Assembly (NCBI GenBank): GCA_038087875.1
Contig: CM075989.1
Location: 8,370,001 to 8,434,000, forward strand
Source: Malacoraja senta
Lineage: Eukaryota
Length of the DNA stretch: 64,000 bases
Direction of reading: 5' to 3'
Position 1 is the stretch's first letter; every line of letters starts with the position of its first letter. Shown in pieces: positions 12,957-25,400 of the stretch. Made by a program: the position numbers and the translations under genes. Below the pieces are notes generated by a model, which was not told where the DNA came from, did no database searches, and saw nothing but the letters and a program-made list of their open reading frames with translations.

Positions 12957-14136
12957 CAGGCACGTGCCGTCAGGGTAGGCAAGGTAGGCACTGCCTACCC
13001 CGACTAAAATTATAAAATGATAATTATTAAATATAAATAGTAAAGGCACGGGAGAATTATGCCTACCTAAGAGATCGATCTCTTAGGTAGGCATAATTCT
13101 CTGTGTCTTTCATGCGCAGTACATGTAATACGGGAAAGTGTGCAGCCCACGTGCCGTGGACGCTGCTTCAAGTCATCAATTTCAAGCAGAGCTGAAGGCA
13201 GCTGAAATTCTGCCTTTGCAGCATGGACTGTGTACTGCGCATGCACAGCGCAGCGCAAGCGGCTGTAAAATGGGAAGCGGCAGTAAAAGGACAGCGCCGC
13301 TGGGGGGGGTGGGGGAGAGTTCCTTTCACAGCGTGTGGGGAGTCTGGCCAGCGGTAAAGTTGCAGGAGGGCAGGAGCGTTGAGAAGGAGGGGGTCGGGGA
13401 TCATGCCAGAGCAACCAGCTCAAGAGCGGGTCAGAGGGCGATGGATAACAGGACAGCGGGCGGGGAGCTTACTCCATGTGTCAGTGCGAGTAACCTCAAT
13501 TGGTCCCTTGTTCGTGCTGACACAGTAGTGTCCACTGCCCGCTGTCCTGTTATCTATCGTCCGCTCTGTGATCTTTGCTCTTGAGCTGGTCCCATCACTG
13601 TTCAGATAGAGAGCACTGCCAGAGGTGACTGGGCTAGCAGAAGGCGCTGAGGTCCGGCGGCCGCTCGCAGCCACCCGAGCTGCTTCCCTCCCCAGCCACA
13701 ATGCTGTGGCTCCGCGCCCGGAGGCAGCGGTAAGTGAGTGAGTTGCTGGCATGATCCCCGACCCCCTCCTTCTCAACGCTCCTGCCCTCCCCACAACTTT
13801 ACCCCTGGCCAGACTCACCACACGCTGTGAAAGGAACTCTCCGTCCCAAATGGTCCCTTGAACTAGTATTGGCATTCAATAAGAACACAATTGATTCAAC
13901 TTGTCCCGGTGTGCTCCCGTTTTTCCCACCATCTCTCCACCTGCCGTCACCCCCCACCCATTCAGTAATTCAGAATGAAGGAGATTTGGAAGCCTTGGGC
14001 AAATTGAATTGTAACTTTCTTTATTTTTATTCTTTATTTTTACGAAGAGGAGAACAATCTGCGCATGTGCGGTTTAAGATTTTTTTTTAAGCCGACTGAC
14101 TGCCTACCCTGAGTAATTACTCACGGCACGTGCCTA
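12957..14136. mobile_element. Non-autonomous hAT DNA transposon (~1.18 kb)
   Basis: ~17-bp imperfect TIR caggcacgtgccgtcag / ctcacggcacgtgccta; 8-bp TSD gtctagta (12949-12956, 14137-14144); subterminal tgcctacc motifs; no transposase ORF. Confidence 0.85.
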
Positions 14137-16149
14137 GTCTAGTATTAGAGATTATTGGATTGGGCTTCCTGATCTCCATTCCTCTCTTTGAGGTCGGTAC
14201 CCTGATACCATTTTGAATAAGATCATTGTTTGTAAATGTTCAAGTATTTACCCAATTCAATTTTTTAACAAAGATAAAGATTTAGCTCGTCCCATGTTTC
14301 GAGCTAAGCAATAAAGAAAAGGAAGTCTGGCTGGTTCTTCCCCTCTTTAACATTGTTGGAATTCTCCCAAATGATACTTAACAAGATAATCAAACTCAAC
14401 ACAAGCTACTGTCTGCAAGTCAAATATCTTAGTCAGCTGAACCGACATGGAAATATTTTGGAAAATGTTTCCTTAAACATGAGACTACAAGTCTGGTTTA
14501 AGCACCATGCACAAACAGGAACAAAAATACACCCCAGATTTATGTTATTTATATCTTGTATTAGAATTTGAATATGTGCTAAATCTAATATTTTTGGTGT
14601 CATAATGCTGATCCACGTATATATTAGCGCTGAATCTAACATATTAACACTTTATGAGTCAGCATTAAAGTATATGAAACTAATGTATCAGATGTAAATT
14701 TATCGCATTGGCTCCAGACTATTATAGATTAGTGATAGGAATGAAAGCAATGCATCAACCTAATTAAGACATAATCCTAATTAGAATTCTAGCATTTATT
14801 ATAAGGGCTGAGTAGACTTTTGATAGGCAAATAATGCATTTTGCAGAGTAATAGGATGTGCTTCCTTGTTGAGAAATGATTACCTCACACCGTTTGCAAA
14901 CTAAAGCTAATACAAGTTACCATTTCATTTGAATTCTGTAATCTTTTAAAGTTAAATAAATGTACGACAGTTAAGACAAGAAAATGCCGAGAAAATCCCA
15001 CTCTGACGACCAATACTTTGGATGCTAATTGGATCTATGCTTCAGAAGGTGAATTGACATCTATTCTGATATTTTCCTTTATTTAGGTAGAACCATTGTG
15101 CATTCACTAGATACTCTCCCAATTGCTCTACTTAAATAAAAACATTCTGTATGACTTTGAAATTATACCGTACAATACTAGTGCATGAATACTTAGCAGA
15201 TCTGTGATTTCTCTACTATTTTAATAGAAGAAATCTAAAATTTGAATATCTTAATACAACAAATTAAACATCAGAAACAGAACTTTCATACAGAGACAAT
15301 TTGCAGGGTGCACTTTTAAGCCCTTTAGGATTAATGGATAATTTGACTCGTCTTCTCAATCAATGGCATGCTATTTTGTCTCATCAATGCTATTCTCATT
15401 TTTAACAATCATAATGTTCATATGAATTGCATAGCACCAATGTTTCATGTCACCTAGTGACTAATCTTGATTCTGCAAAGTAACGGGAGTAACAGTGGTA
15501 ATGGTGTTAACCTAAGGGGTAACCTTCAGTGCTACTTTTTGACTTTGTGTTTGAGTTCAGTGGGTGGATTAAATGAAGATCCAAAGACCACAAATTATAT
15601 TTGAATCAATATCTCCATTAACTGTTAGTAATGGGTTATAATATTCTGAGTAGGCATTCCACCACATGAGGCAAAAGCACTCAGAAATCTCCTTTCCAAA
15701 ACTCCAATTACTTTCAACCATGACACCTAATAAGAAATATTATATTTCTGTACTCCAGTCAAGAAATACCACTTGCAGTATGAGGGAGTCAGAATTAAAA
15801 CTACGATGTTTCCTTATCAACTCTGACTCATTGCCTGGACCACAGAAAGCTAAATTATGCTAACAAACATAAATCAGACTGTGTTACCTTGACTTTGTGG
15901 ATCATATGTATGAACTGAAGAGCTATTTTAGAGTAATATTTCTCATGGCATTACATCTTGACTCAGTTTATGCCAAAATGACCTTGTTACAAGTGCGATT
16001 TTAAGATCAGTAGACAGATTGGGAGTCTGCACCCTGGCTGACTTTCTCCTACCTTGCCTGCAGAGGTTAATTATAGACCTTTCCTAATGTTGATGGTTTA
16101 GTTCTATCTATTCTGCCTGATTCAGTATCATCTTTATACATACTAATGG

Positions 16150-16365
16150 TAAAGCCAAGAAGAAGGTAAGGGAACTCCTGTATGTTGATGATGCTGCACT
16201 CATTGCCCAATGGAAGAAGGACTTCAGGCGATGATGGACAGACTGTCTCATGCTTGCTATGAATACACAGTAACAAGCAGCGTTAAAAAGACTCTTGTCA
16301 TGGGTCAGGGCACACCACCTCCCCCCTGAAATCACCCTAAATACCACTCTTGGAGTATGTCAACA
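16150..16365 (+). mobile_element. RTE-clade LINE RT fragment (frameshifted)
   Basis: Manual translation VRELLYVDDAALIAQ / EEGLQAMMDRLSHACYEY...SVKKTLVMGQ matches the RTE-BovB type RT motif C region. Confidence 0.75.
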
Positions 16366-17484
16366 AATCCACATTGCTACGAATGGGATAAAGTGTAATG
16401 AAGACAGTTGCTGTTACGCCAGTTCTTTTAATCTTGAAAAGCAATTTGGTCAGTTACTGTGACTATATTTGCTTCCCATTTGTCAATTGTCGAGTAGCAC
16501 AGTAGGATATCCTACTCTCCCAAACTGCCAGAAAAAAGCTATAGAAAAATAAAATACTAACGTGAAAATGAAGCACACAAAAAAGACAAAAGAAAGTTCC
16601 ACTGCTTAATTGCATGAATCTTAATTCCACTTTGTTCCACTTGCATTAATTTAATCTATCTTGCAGAATTAAAAAGTTATGTGCATAACCTATTGATGGA
16701 TCCTCAGATTTATCTGTTTAATGGTGGACCTGCTCTTCTGATCTGACTGTCAGATCAATGAGATTTAGGACAGCTGACTGTACCATTTAGTGACATGCAA
16801 ATGTTAAAATACAGCATGAAAAATTGATTGATTAATTTGAAGAGTTATGAATCAACCAGGCCCACTGTCGCAGTGCCAAATTGATTCTGTCTTTTTAGTG
16901 CTTGTCATTTCCTGCTTAATTTCATTCGGTTGGCACTAGAGACCTTAATACAATTAAGACAGTTGTAAAATTAGCAATCTTCAAAGAAATAAAAGGGGTT
17001 GCGGAGGGGAACAGAAATCAATCTCGCTTTGCAACCCATTAATGTAAGCATTTGCATTCTAAACATAATCAAGCAAAATGATAAAATGTTGAAAAGTAAG
17101 TACTTTTATGTCTTTTATGAATATCTTGTAGTTGAGTTCTCAGATCGACAATGATATTGATGCTCAAGCAGGATCCAGTAAAGGCAAAAATATTGACAGC
17201 AATCAGCCAAAGACTAATTTAAAGTTTCTCTTAAGATGCTTTCGTGTTTACTTATATTAGTGGTAATAGTGCCACTTGCTTTCAAAATACGAGAATAGCA
17301 CAGCCATAATAGCCATAATAGTAAATTTACAGATTTATTCAGTTGAATACTTAACTTTGACTGGCTTTTGGATTCAGCATTCTCCCAGCTTCATGAGACT
17401 TGTGCCATAACATTGGATCTTCACAAAAAGCTTATATAAAGCACCAAGATTCATGTATGGCAACATAATGGGCCTGTCCCACTT

Positions 17485-18027
17485 AGGAAGAAGAAAGGGA
17501 GAGACAGTAGGCTGAGGGAGAGCTGAGAAGGGGATCTATCATCTATCCTCATCTATTGCATCTGCTGCTCTGGATGTCAGCTGCTCTACATCGGTGAGAC
17601 CAAGCGTAGGCTTGGCGATCGCTTAGCCAAGCACCTCCACTCGGTTCCCAATAACCAACCTGATCTCCCAGTTGCTCAGCACTTCAACTCCCCCTCCCAT
17701 TCCGAATACGATCTTTCTGTCCTGGGCCTCCTCCATGGCCAGAGTAAGGACCACGGTAAATTGGAGGAGCAGCACCTCATATTTCGCTTGGGCAGTTTGC
17801 ACCCCAGCGGTATGAACATTGACTTCTCTAATTTCAGGTAGTACCTACTTTCTCCTCACCTTCTCAGCTCTCCCTCAACCCACTGGCTCCACCTCTTCCT
17901 TTCTTCTTAGCGCCCCCCCACCCTCGCATCAGTCTGAAGAAGGGTTTCGACCCGAAACGTTGCCTATTTCCTTCGCTCCATAGATGCTGCCTCACCTGCT
18001 GAGTTTCTCCAGCATTTTTGTCTACCT
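17485..18027 (+). mobile_element. Penelope-like element 3' part (GIY-YIG endonuclease and pLTR)
   Basis: LIYCICCSGCQLLYIGETKRRLGDR...HFN...LEEQHLIFRLGSLHPSGMNIDF; pLTR with hammerhead core at 17934-17961. Confidence 0.85.
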
Positions 18028-19149
18028 TAAATTTGATTTTATGATCTGTAGAGGCTTTTTTTTGCATCTGTAACCATAGGTGTATTAATGCAATTGAAAG
18101 CATGAAAGAAAAGGGATACAATATTTGGGTCATATCTCTGGTAGGATCATGTGTGTCTTGAATCAGGCACCAGATGATGCTTGCAATGATGCAACGATGA
18201 GTTGCTTTGTGAGACTGATTTCCCTACCTTCACTTCTCTCTCCAATCAACCCTATTCCCTTCCCTACATCACAATTTCCAACCACACACATGATCATTTC
18301 CTTGAGGATTGTTCAATTTTACACCTTTATTCATTAAGGTTTCAGTGCCAAAGGTGTGAATTAGGAAATAACAAGCCTAGCTAGACAGAATAAATTTGGC
18401 ACGCCTAAATTGGACCTGGTTGATTCTCAGCTCTTAAAAATTGCAAGTTTAAGATAGTATTATTGGATCGTATTGCAAATACAAGCAGATCAAGATAATC
18501 TGAATTGGAACAGATTAAAGTTTCAGATGGGACCCAAAAACAATTCTGATGAAAGGTTCACTAGCCATTACAGCTGAAAGAAAGATAAATTTTAATTTCC
18601 AGATCAGTCTAAATCAGTCAAAATTAGCTTTTAATTATTAGATTCACAAATTTGAAAAAAAAAACAATTTTGCAAAATCGGCTGTTTCATAAGGTTTAGA
18701 TTATGTACTCCATCTACTGACACTGGAGAAAGCATTGATATTGTCTATAAATCTGCCTCTTGTACAATATACACTTTAAAAAAATTATGAATCCATAAAA
18801 AAGTAAATGGGATTGTACCAGTATTGTTCCCATTACAATATTATTTTAAACACAAATATAGTGCATAAAGTTATGCACTTCTCCCCATCTTGCCCATGTC
18901 CAAACCAGAATTCCAGAATTATGATCTTTAATCCATCCCAGCTGTCTTTAGAAACCTCCTCACCTCAGTGGTCATTCTTCACCTGGTGGCTTTGATAGTG
19001 AGAGTCAGTATTAGATTTGGAGGAGGAACCTCTGAACTAAATTCTGCCCACGATGAACATCCAGAGAGGTTGTTTCTTTTTGGATATGTGCATTGCTGAC
19101 AAAGTCAGCATTTATTGCCCTAACTTAATGAGAGTAAGGTATAAACTTG

Positions 19150-21674
19150 TTTAAGAAAGAACTGCAGATGCTGGAAAAATAGGTAGACAAAAATGCTGGA
19201 GGAACTCAGCGGGTGAGGCAGCATCTATGGAGAGAAGGAATAGGTGATGTTTCGGCTTGAGACCCTTCTTCAGACTGATGTCGGAGATGGGGGGGGTGGG
19301 GGAAGGAAGAGGAGGAGACAGTAGGCTCGTGGGATAGCTGGGAGGAGAAGGAGGGAGAAAGCAAGGACTATCTGAAATTTGAGAAGTCAATGTTCATACC
19401 GCTGCGGTGTAAACTACCCAAGCGAAATATGAGGTGCTGTTCCTCCAATTTGCGCTGGGCCTCACTCTGGCAATGGAGGAGGCCCCGGACAGAAAGGTCA
19501 GATTTGGAATGGGAGGGGGAGTTGAAGTGCTGAGCAACCGGGAGATCAGGTTGGTTAGTGTGAACTGGGCGGAGGTGTTGGGCGAAGCAATCACTGAGCC
19601 TGCGTTTGGTCTCGCCGATGAAGAGAAGTTGACACCTGGAACAGCGGATGCAGTAGATGAGGTTGGAGGAGGTGCAGGTGAACCTGTGCCTCACCTGGAA
19701 AGACTGCTTGGGTCCTTGGATGGAGTCGAGGGGGGAGGTAGAGTGACAAGTTTTGCATTTCCTGCGGTTGCAAGGGAGAGTACCCGGGGAGGGGTGGTAT
19801 GGGTGGGAAGGGACGAATTGACCAGGGAGTTATGGAGGGAACGGTCTCCGCAGAAAGCAGAAAGGGGAGGAGATGGGAAGATGTGGCCAGTGGTAGGATC
19901 CTGTTGGAGGTGGCGAAAATGCCGGAGGATTATATGTTGCATGCGACGGCTGATGGGGTGGAAGGTGAGGACAAGGGGGACTCTGTCCTTGTTACGAGTA
20001 GAGGGATGGGGAGTAAGAGCAGAGCTGCTGTTCCACCGAACTTATTTCCACATACCTCGACTCCATCCTATCCCCTCTGGTCATGTCCCTCCCCACCTAT
20101 GTCCAAAACACCTCACACGCTCTTCGTTTCCTTCATGACTTCTGTTTTCCAAGCCCCTACTCCCTCATCTTCCCTATGGATGTCCAGTCACTCTACTCCT
20201 CCATCCCCCACCAGTAGGGTCTTAAAGCTTTCCGTTTCTTCCTCGACCGAAGAACCAACCAATCTCCGTCTACTAATACTCTTCTCCGCCTAGTGGAGCT
20301 GGTCCTTACTCTCAACAACTTTTCCTTTGTCTCCTCCCATTTCCTCCAAATCCAAGGCGTAGCTATGGGCACGCGCATGGGCCTCAGCTATGCCTGCCTC
20401 TTTGTAGGGTACGTCGAACAATCCCTGTTCTAGGCATACCGTGGCTCTATACCCTGAACTCTACCTCCGCTACATTGACGACTGCATTGGTGCTACCTCC
20501 TGCACCCATGCAGAACTCACTGAATTCATCCATTTCACCCTTAATTTCCATCCGGCATTCAAATTCACCTGGACCCTTTCCGACATCTCCCTACCGTTTC
20601 TAGATCCCACCATCTCCATCGCAAACAACAGACTACTTACCGACGTCTACTACAAACCCACTGACTTCTAGCTACCTTGACTACACTTCTTCCCACCCTG
20701 CTTCCTGTAAGGACTCTCTCTCCTACTCCCAATGCCTCAGCCTATGTCACATCTCCACCCAGGATGAGGTGGTCCAGACCAGGGCATCGGAAATGTCCTC
20801 ACTCTTTAGGGAACGGAGGTTCCCTTCTTCTATTATAGATGAGGCTCTCACCAGGGTCTCCTCTATATCCCGCAGCTCCGCTCTTACTCTCCATCCCCCT
20901 ACTCGTAACAAGGACAGAGTCCCCCTTGTCCTCATCTTCCACCCCATCAGCCGTCGAATACAACATATAATCCTCTGACATTTTCGCCACCTCCAACGGG
21001 ATCCTACCATTGGCCACATCTTCCCATCTCCCTTGTCAATTCGTCCCTTCCCACCCCCTCCCCGGGTACTTTCCCTTGCAACCGCAGGAAATGCTACACT
21101 TGTCGCTTTACCTCCCCCCTCGACTCCATTCAAGGACCCAAGCAGTCTTTCCAGGTGATGCAGAGGTTCACCTGCAACTCCTCCAACCTCATCTACTGTT
21201 CCAGGTGTCAACTTCCCTACATCGGCGAGACCAAGCGCAGGCTCGGCGATCGCTTCGCCCAACACCTCCGCTCAGTTCACACTAACCAACCTGATCTCCT
21301 GGTGGCTCAGCACTTCAACACCCCCTCCCATTCCGAATCTGACCTTTCTGTCCTGGGCCTCCTCCATTGCCAAAGTGAGGCCCAGCGCAAATTGGAGGAA
21401 CAGCACCTCATATTTTGCTTAGGTAGTTTACACCCCAGCAGTATGAACATTGACTTCTCCAATTTCAGATAGTCCTTGCTTTCTCCCTCTTTCCCCTCCA
21501 CCTTCTTAGCTCTCCCGCAAGCCTACTGTCTCCTCCTCTTCGTTTCTTTTTCCCTTCCCCTCCCCCCCGACATCAGTCTGAAGAAGGGTCTCAACCTGAA
21601 ACGTCATCTATTCCTTCTCTCCATAGATACTGCCTCACCCGCTGAGTTCCTCCAGCATTTTTGTCTACCTCAGC
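19150..21674. mobile_element. Penelope-like (Neptune-like) element with inverted duplicated 3' half
   Basis: Plus part ~20030-21670 has RT motifs (GVAMGTRMG, YLRYIDDCIG) and GIY-YIG (21155-21472). Minus part 19155-20030 has a second GIY-YIG (19368-19694) and pLTR. TSD tataaacttg at 19140-19149 and 21675-21684. Stops and frameshifts throughout. Confidence 0.9.
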
Positions 21675-22467
21675 TATAAACTTGAACCATTTTGGTCTTC
21701 TGTTAAAGGCACACCACTGATCTCTTGACTAGAGAGAACTATGATACATTTGTAAATCAGAATGGTGTAGTCATAGCCTTGACAAGTACCCACAGTGCAC
21801 TTGGTAGATGATAATGCACAGTGAACATCTGATAGTGAATATGAACTGAGGACACTGGTGGCTTTTCAATTCACTAGCTAAAGTTGTAGTGCTAGTTCCA
21901 AACCCCAGCAAGTATTATCAAGGGTCTGTGCAGCCTGTTTGTACTGTATTCACAGGACAACTATAAGTAAATAATAGTTAGTAATTTGAAAAAGAAAGCC
22001 AAAACATCACTGAACCAATTTGGTTGCACAGCTTTGTAGTGCAGTATGTAATTATTCAAAATGTTCACGAGGATGGATCATATTGTCCATTATAACTGAA
22101 GTCATTTGAATAATTTTGTAATAAGATGCTGTGAAATTCAAACTTGCAGTTATTTTCTTATCCTTGCCCTTTAATTAATGCGGACATCAGTATGTGTTTT
22201 CAGCATCCATCATGATTCTCATAAATTAATTGACTCGCACCATTGATGCTCAAACATATTTTAAATAAGTAAAGGTGATGAAATTCAATAAAAATAGGAG
22301 AGCAACTTCTAAATTGTGTGATTTACAATACAAGTTTTTCAGGAACAAAAATCATTCGGTTCCACAGCTCCACAGGAGGTCTGGAGTATGTTTATTTGCA
22401 CCATACATCAGATAAATTTAGTAAAAATAACAATTTAATGTTGGGTTGTGGTATAATACCCCATGTG

Positions 22468-25400
22468 AAATAGTAAGATTAAACGAGAACTTACCAAGTT
22501 TGAAGTTTGATCTTTATTTTATGAGGAGTTACGTTGGTGATTACGTGAAGACGACCCGTCAGGGCGCATGCGCGTCAATCTTCAAAGCAGCGGTATGAAA
22601 TCACAGATAACACAATATTTGAAGTAACATATTAAGATGAGCAACATGAGAACTACCATATGACCTTTTTTATGAGAGAGGATTGGGCATGGCGGGCACG
22701 TAATCACCAACGTAACTCCTCATAAAATAAAGATCAAACTTCAAACTTGGTAAGTTCTCGTTTAATCTTACTATTTTACTTCGGAGTCACGTTAGTGACT
22801 ACGTGAAGGGTTCAAAGCTCTGTGATTTTATGCCGCAGATCCAAATCCTGGCTTCTCACTGCATTGATTGACTTTCGATGAGAAACAATCAATAATGCGT
22901 TAAACATGAAATGTGAATATCATGCAGTAACAATTGATTTGAATAATCAAAACAACCAGTAACCCCTCTATCCCAGGGGAAACTAAACAGGATTTAATCC
23001 TGAATTTACAAACAGCCTCTCGCCGATTGGCAATCAGCCGATAGTAAAAAAAATTTAAACAATTCATTTGACCACCCGGCACCTGTAAGAATATGGCCGA
23101 TGTGAACATCCATCGCCCTAGCTGACGACGTTGCTGCTGCACTAGTGGAAAAGGATATATACACTTCAGTGTTAATACCTGCCTGAATCAACATTTGCTT
23201 TAAACCACCTTGAGATAGTCTGCACTGACATTCTCCTATGTGGCAACATGTAACTAATAAACAATGCTGTTTCCACATTTCTTAAGGTCTTTATAGCTTC
23301 AATATAATGAAAATAAATGTGCCATTACACATAAACATGGATCAGTAGATTATGCTGAAACACAATTTTAACAAACCTGTGACACCTGGCCTGCTCTGTT
23401 TGAGCAGGACGCAAATATATAACATAACATTCTCTTCAGCAACTTCCATCCTGTCTAGCAGAAGCTTTTGCAAACTCTGCACTTGCTATGCTGAACCAAT
23501 GCCATGAGCATAACCACTTTCATGATTAGTTTGGCAAATTCAGAGACATGACAGGAACCTACTGTCGAAGCATCTTGAGGACCACACTTACATCCCAGAT
23601 CGTCATATACCTGGGTTAAGGAGGTTTAGAGTTGAAATTCCTTTCATCAAATTCAGCTCTGATATGATGAAATTCAGCTCTGATATGATGAAACCCAATA
23701 GGATCTTTCCTAACCCCATCAAAACCATACGAGGACAAAGCACTTAAAGCTGTATTAATGGAGCTATAACTGAGCCCCTCATCATCGTAGAGTGTCAACA
23801 GGAACTCTAAAATATCCACAATACCTGCAGTACTATAGTCAATATTATTTTGTACACAATATTGCTCCCATTTTTTTTAACATAAGTAATATACCCCTTT
23901 TGAGTACTCTTTCTCCAGGCTACAGTGAGCATGTCCACCGTTCACCCAGACAGTCCTTGCTCCAGGTATGGCCTTCTTAAAACCTGCAAATTAACAAGTC
24001 AATACTATCACATAACAGATGACTTTCCCGTGTTAGCGGATGCTCCAGTAAATTCCTACGCTTGGGAACCACCAAAAAGAGGTTGGATCCCTAACTGTAA
24101 CATCAAAGGGAACCATGCTTGATTCGGCCAATTAGGTATTACAAGCACCCCCAAAGCGGCATCCTGCTTGATTTCTTGCAGACTCCGACCTATTAGGCAA
24201 AATGGTAGGAAAATATATAAAACATACCACCCCAATGTAACGTCAAAGTATCAATTGCAACTGCCACCTGGTCTGGTTCCCATGAAACCTATTTAGGCTG
24301 CTGATGGTTGAACCTTGATGCAAAACAAATCGATATCTGTCATTCATATATAAGTACTATATTATTGAACACCTCCTGGTTCAACATCCAATCCATGTTG
24401 TCATGGAACTTTCGTGACTTGGCGTCTGCTACTATGTAGAATCTACCTGGTAGATAAATATCTGAAATATATATTTCAATGCACCAGGCCCAAATTTGAT
24501 TAGCCAATCTGTCACAAAATACCGACTTGATTCCACCGATGTGATTAATATATATGCCACTTGCGTAGTATTGTCAATCTGAAACTGAACATGCAGATCA
24601 CATTTGTTAGAGCAATAAGCCTCTTAATAATTAATTGCCCATGCCTGCAGAAGTGATCCCTCTTGCTCAGTCCATCTGCCTCCACAGCTGAAACTCGTAT
24701 CCGTGACACCCCACCCGAGTGCACTGACATTCATCTGCAAAATCATGGAAGGCTGGTCAAGCATTACCTTGCTATAACTTCTGGACACATGGTGAATCCA
24801 CCATTGCAAATCAGAAATAGCCTTTACTGATAACTGCATAGGTCTATTATAATGACCTGATTGTATCCTTAATGCCTCCATTAGCTTGATACACCTGTCA
24901 ATTAGCTCTACCCTTTTTTCCCTGGGCAGAGTCACTTAATTGAATCAATTCTGACCCAAATAGTCAGGTGTTAATTTGGATTCCTCTGGATGAATAATGC
25001 CCAATCTTTGAAAATTGGATTTAACAACTATCACCTGTTACTTCAGCTGTTCTCTTGGATACCCCTATATTCAGGATATCATCGAGATAAGCCATGAGCA
25101 CCTGACCCTGGCCTCTCAGCATGCCTATTATAGGTTTTAACAATTTTGTTGCCATAGTTGATCCATCCAGGTGAATTTCAAATATCCTTATCCTGCAAAT
25201 AAACAGACATTGAGTAATGCGCATCTTTAAGGTCTATAGTTGCCATATAGTATCCTCTTGACCCAGTTGCTTGGCAGTGACAATTCCATCTTACAATGTC
25301 TATACTATATCCCCCATCCTTTTTTGGCCTGGGAAAATATTAGACACAAATTGATGGGGTTGGTGAACCAACTTTACCATTACACCTTTAACACATAAGC

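Noticed and set aside
13067-13875. Overlapping 118-151 aa ORFs as a transposase
   Set aside because: GC-rich fold-back sequence with no DDE or BED motifs.
19434-20293. 234-aa and 164-aa plus-strand ORFs
   Set aside because: Antisense frames of the inverted Penelope arm; likewise 20747-21265.
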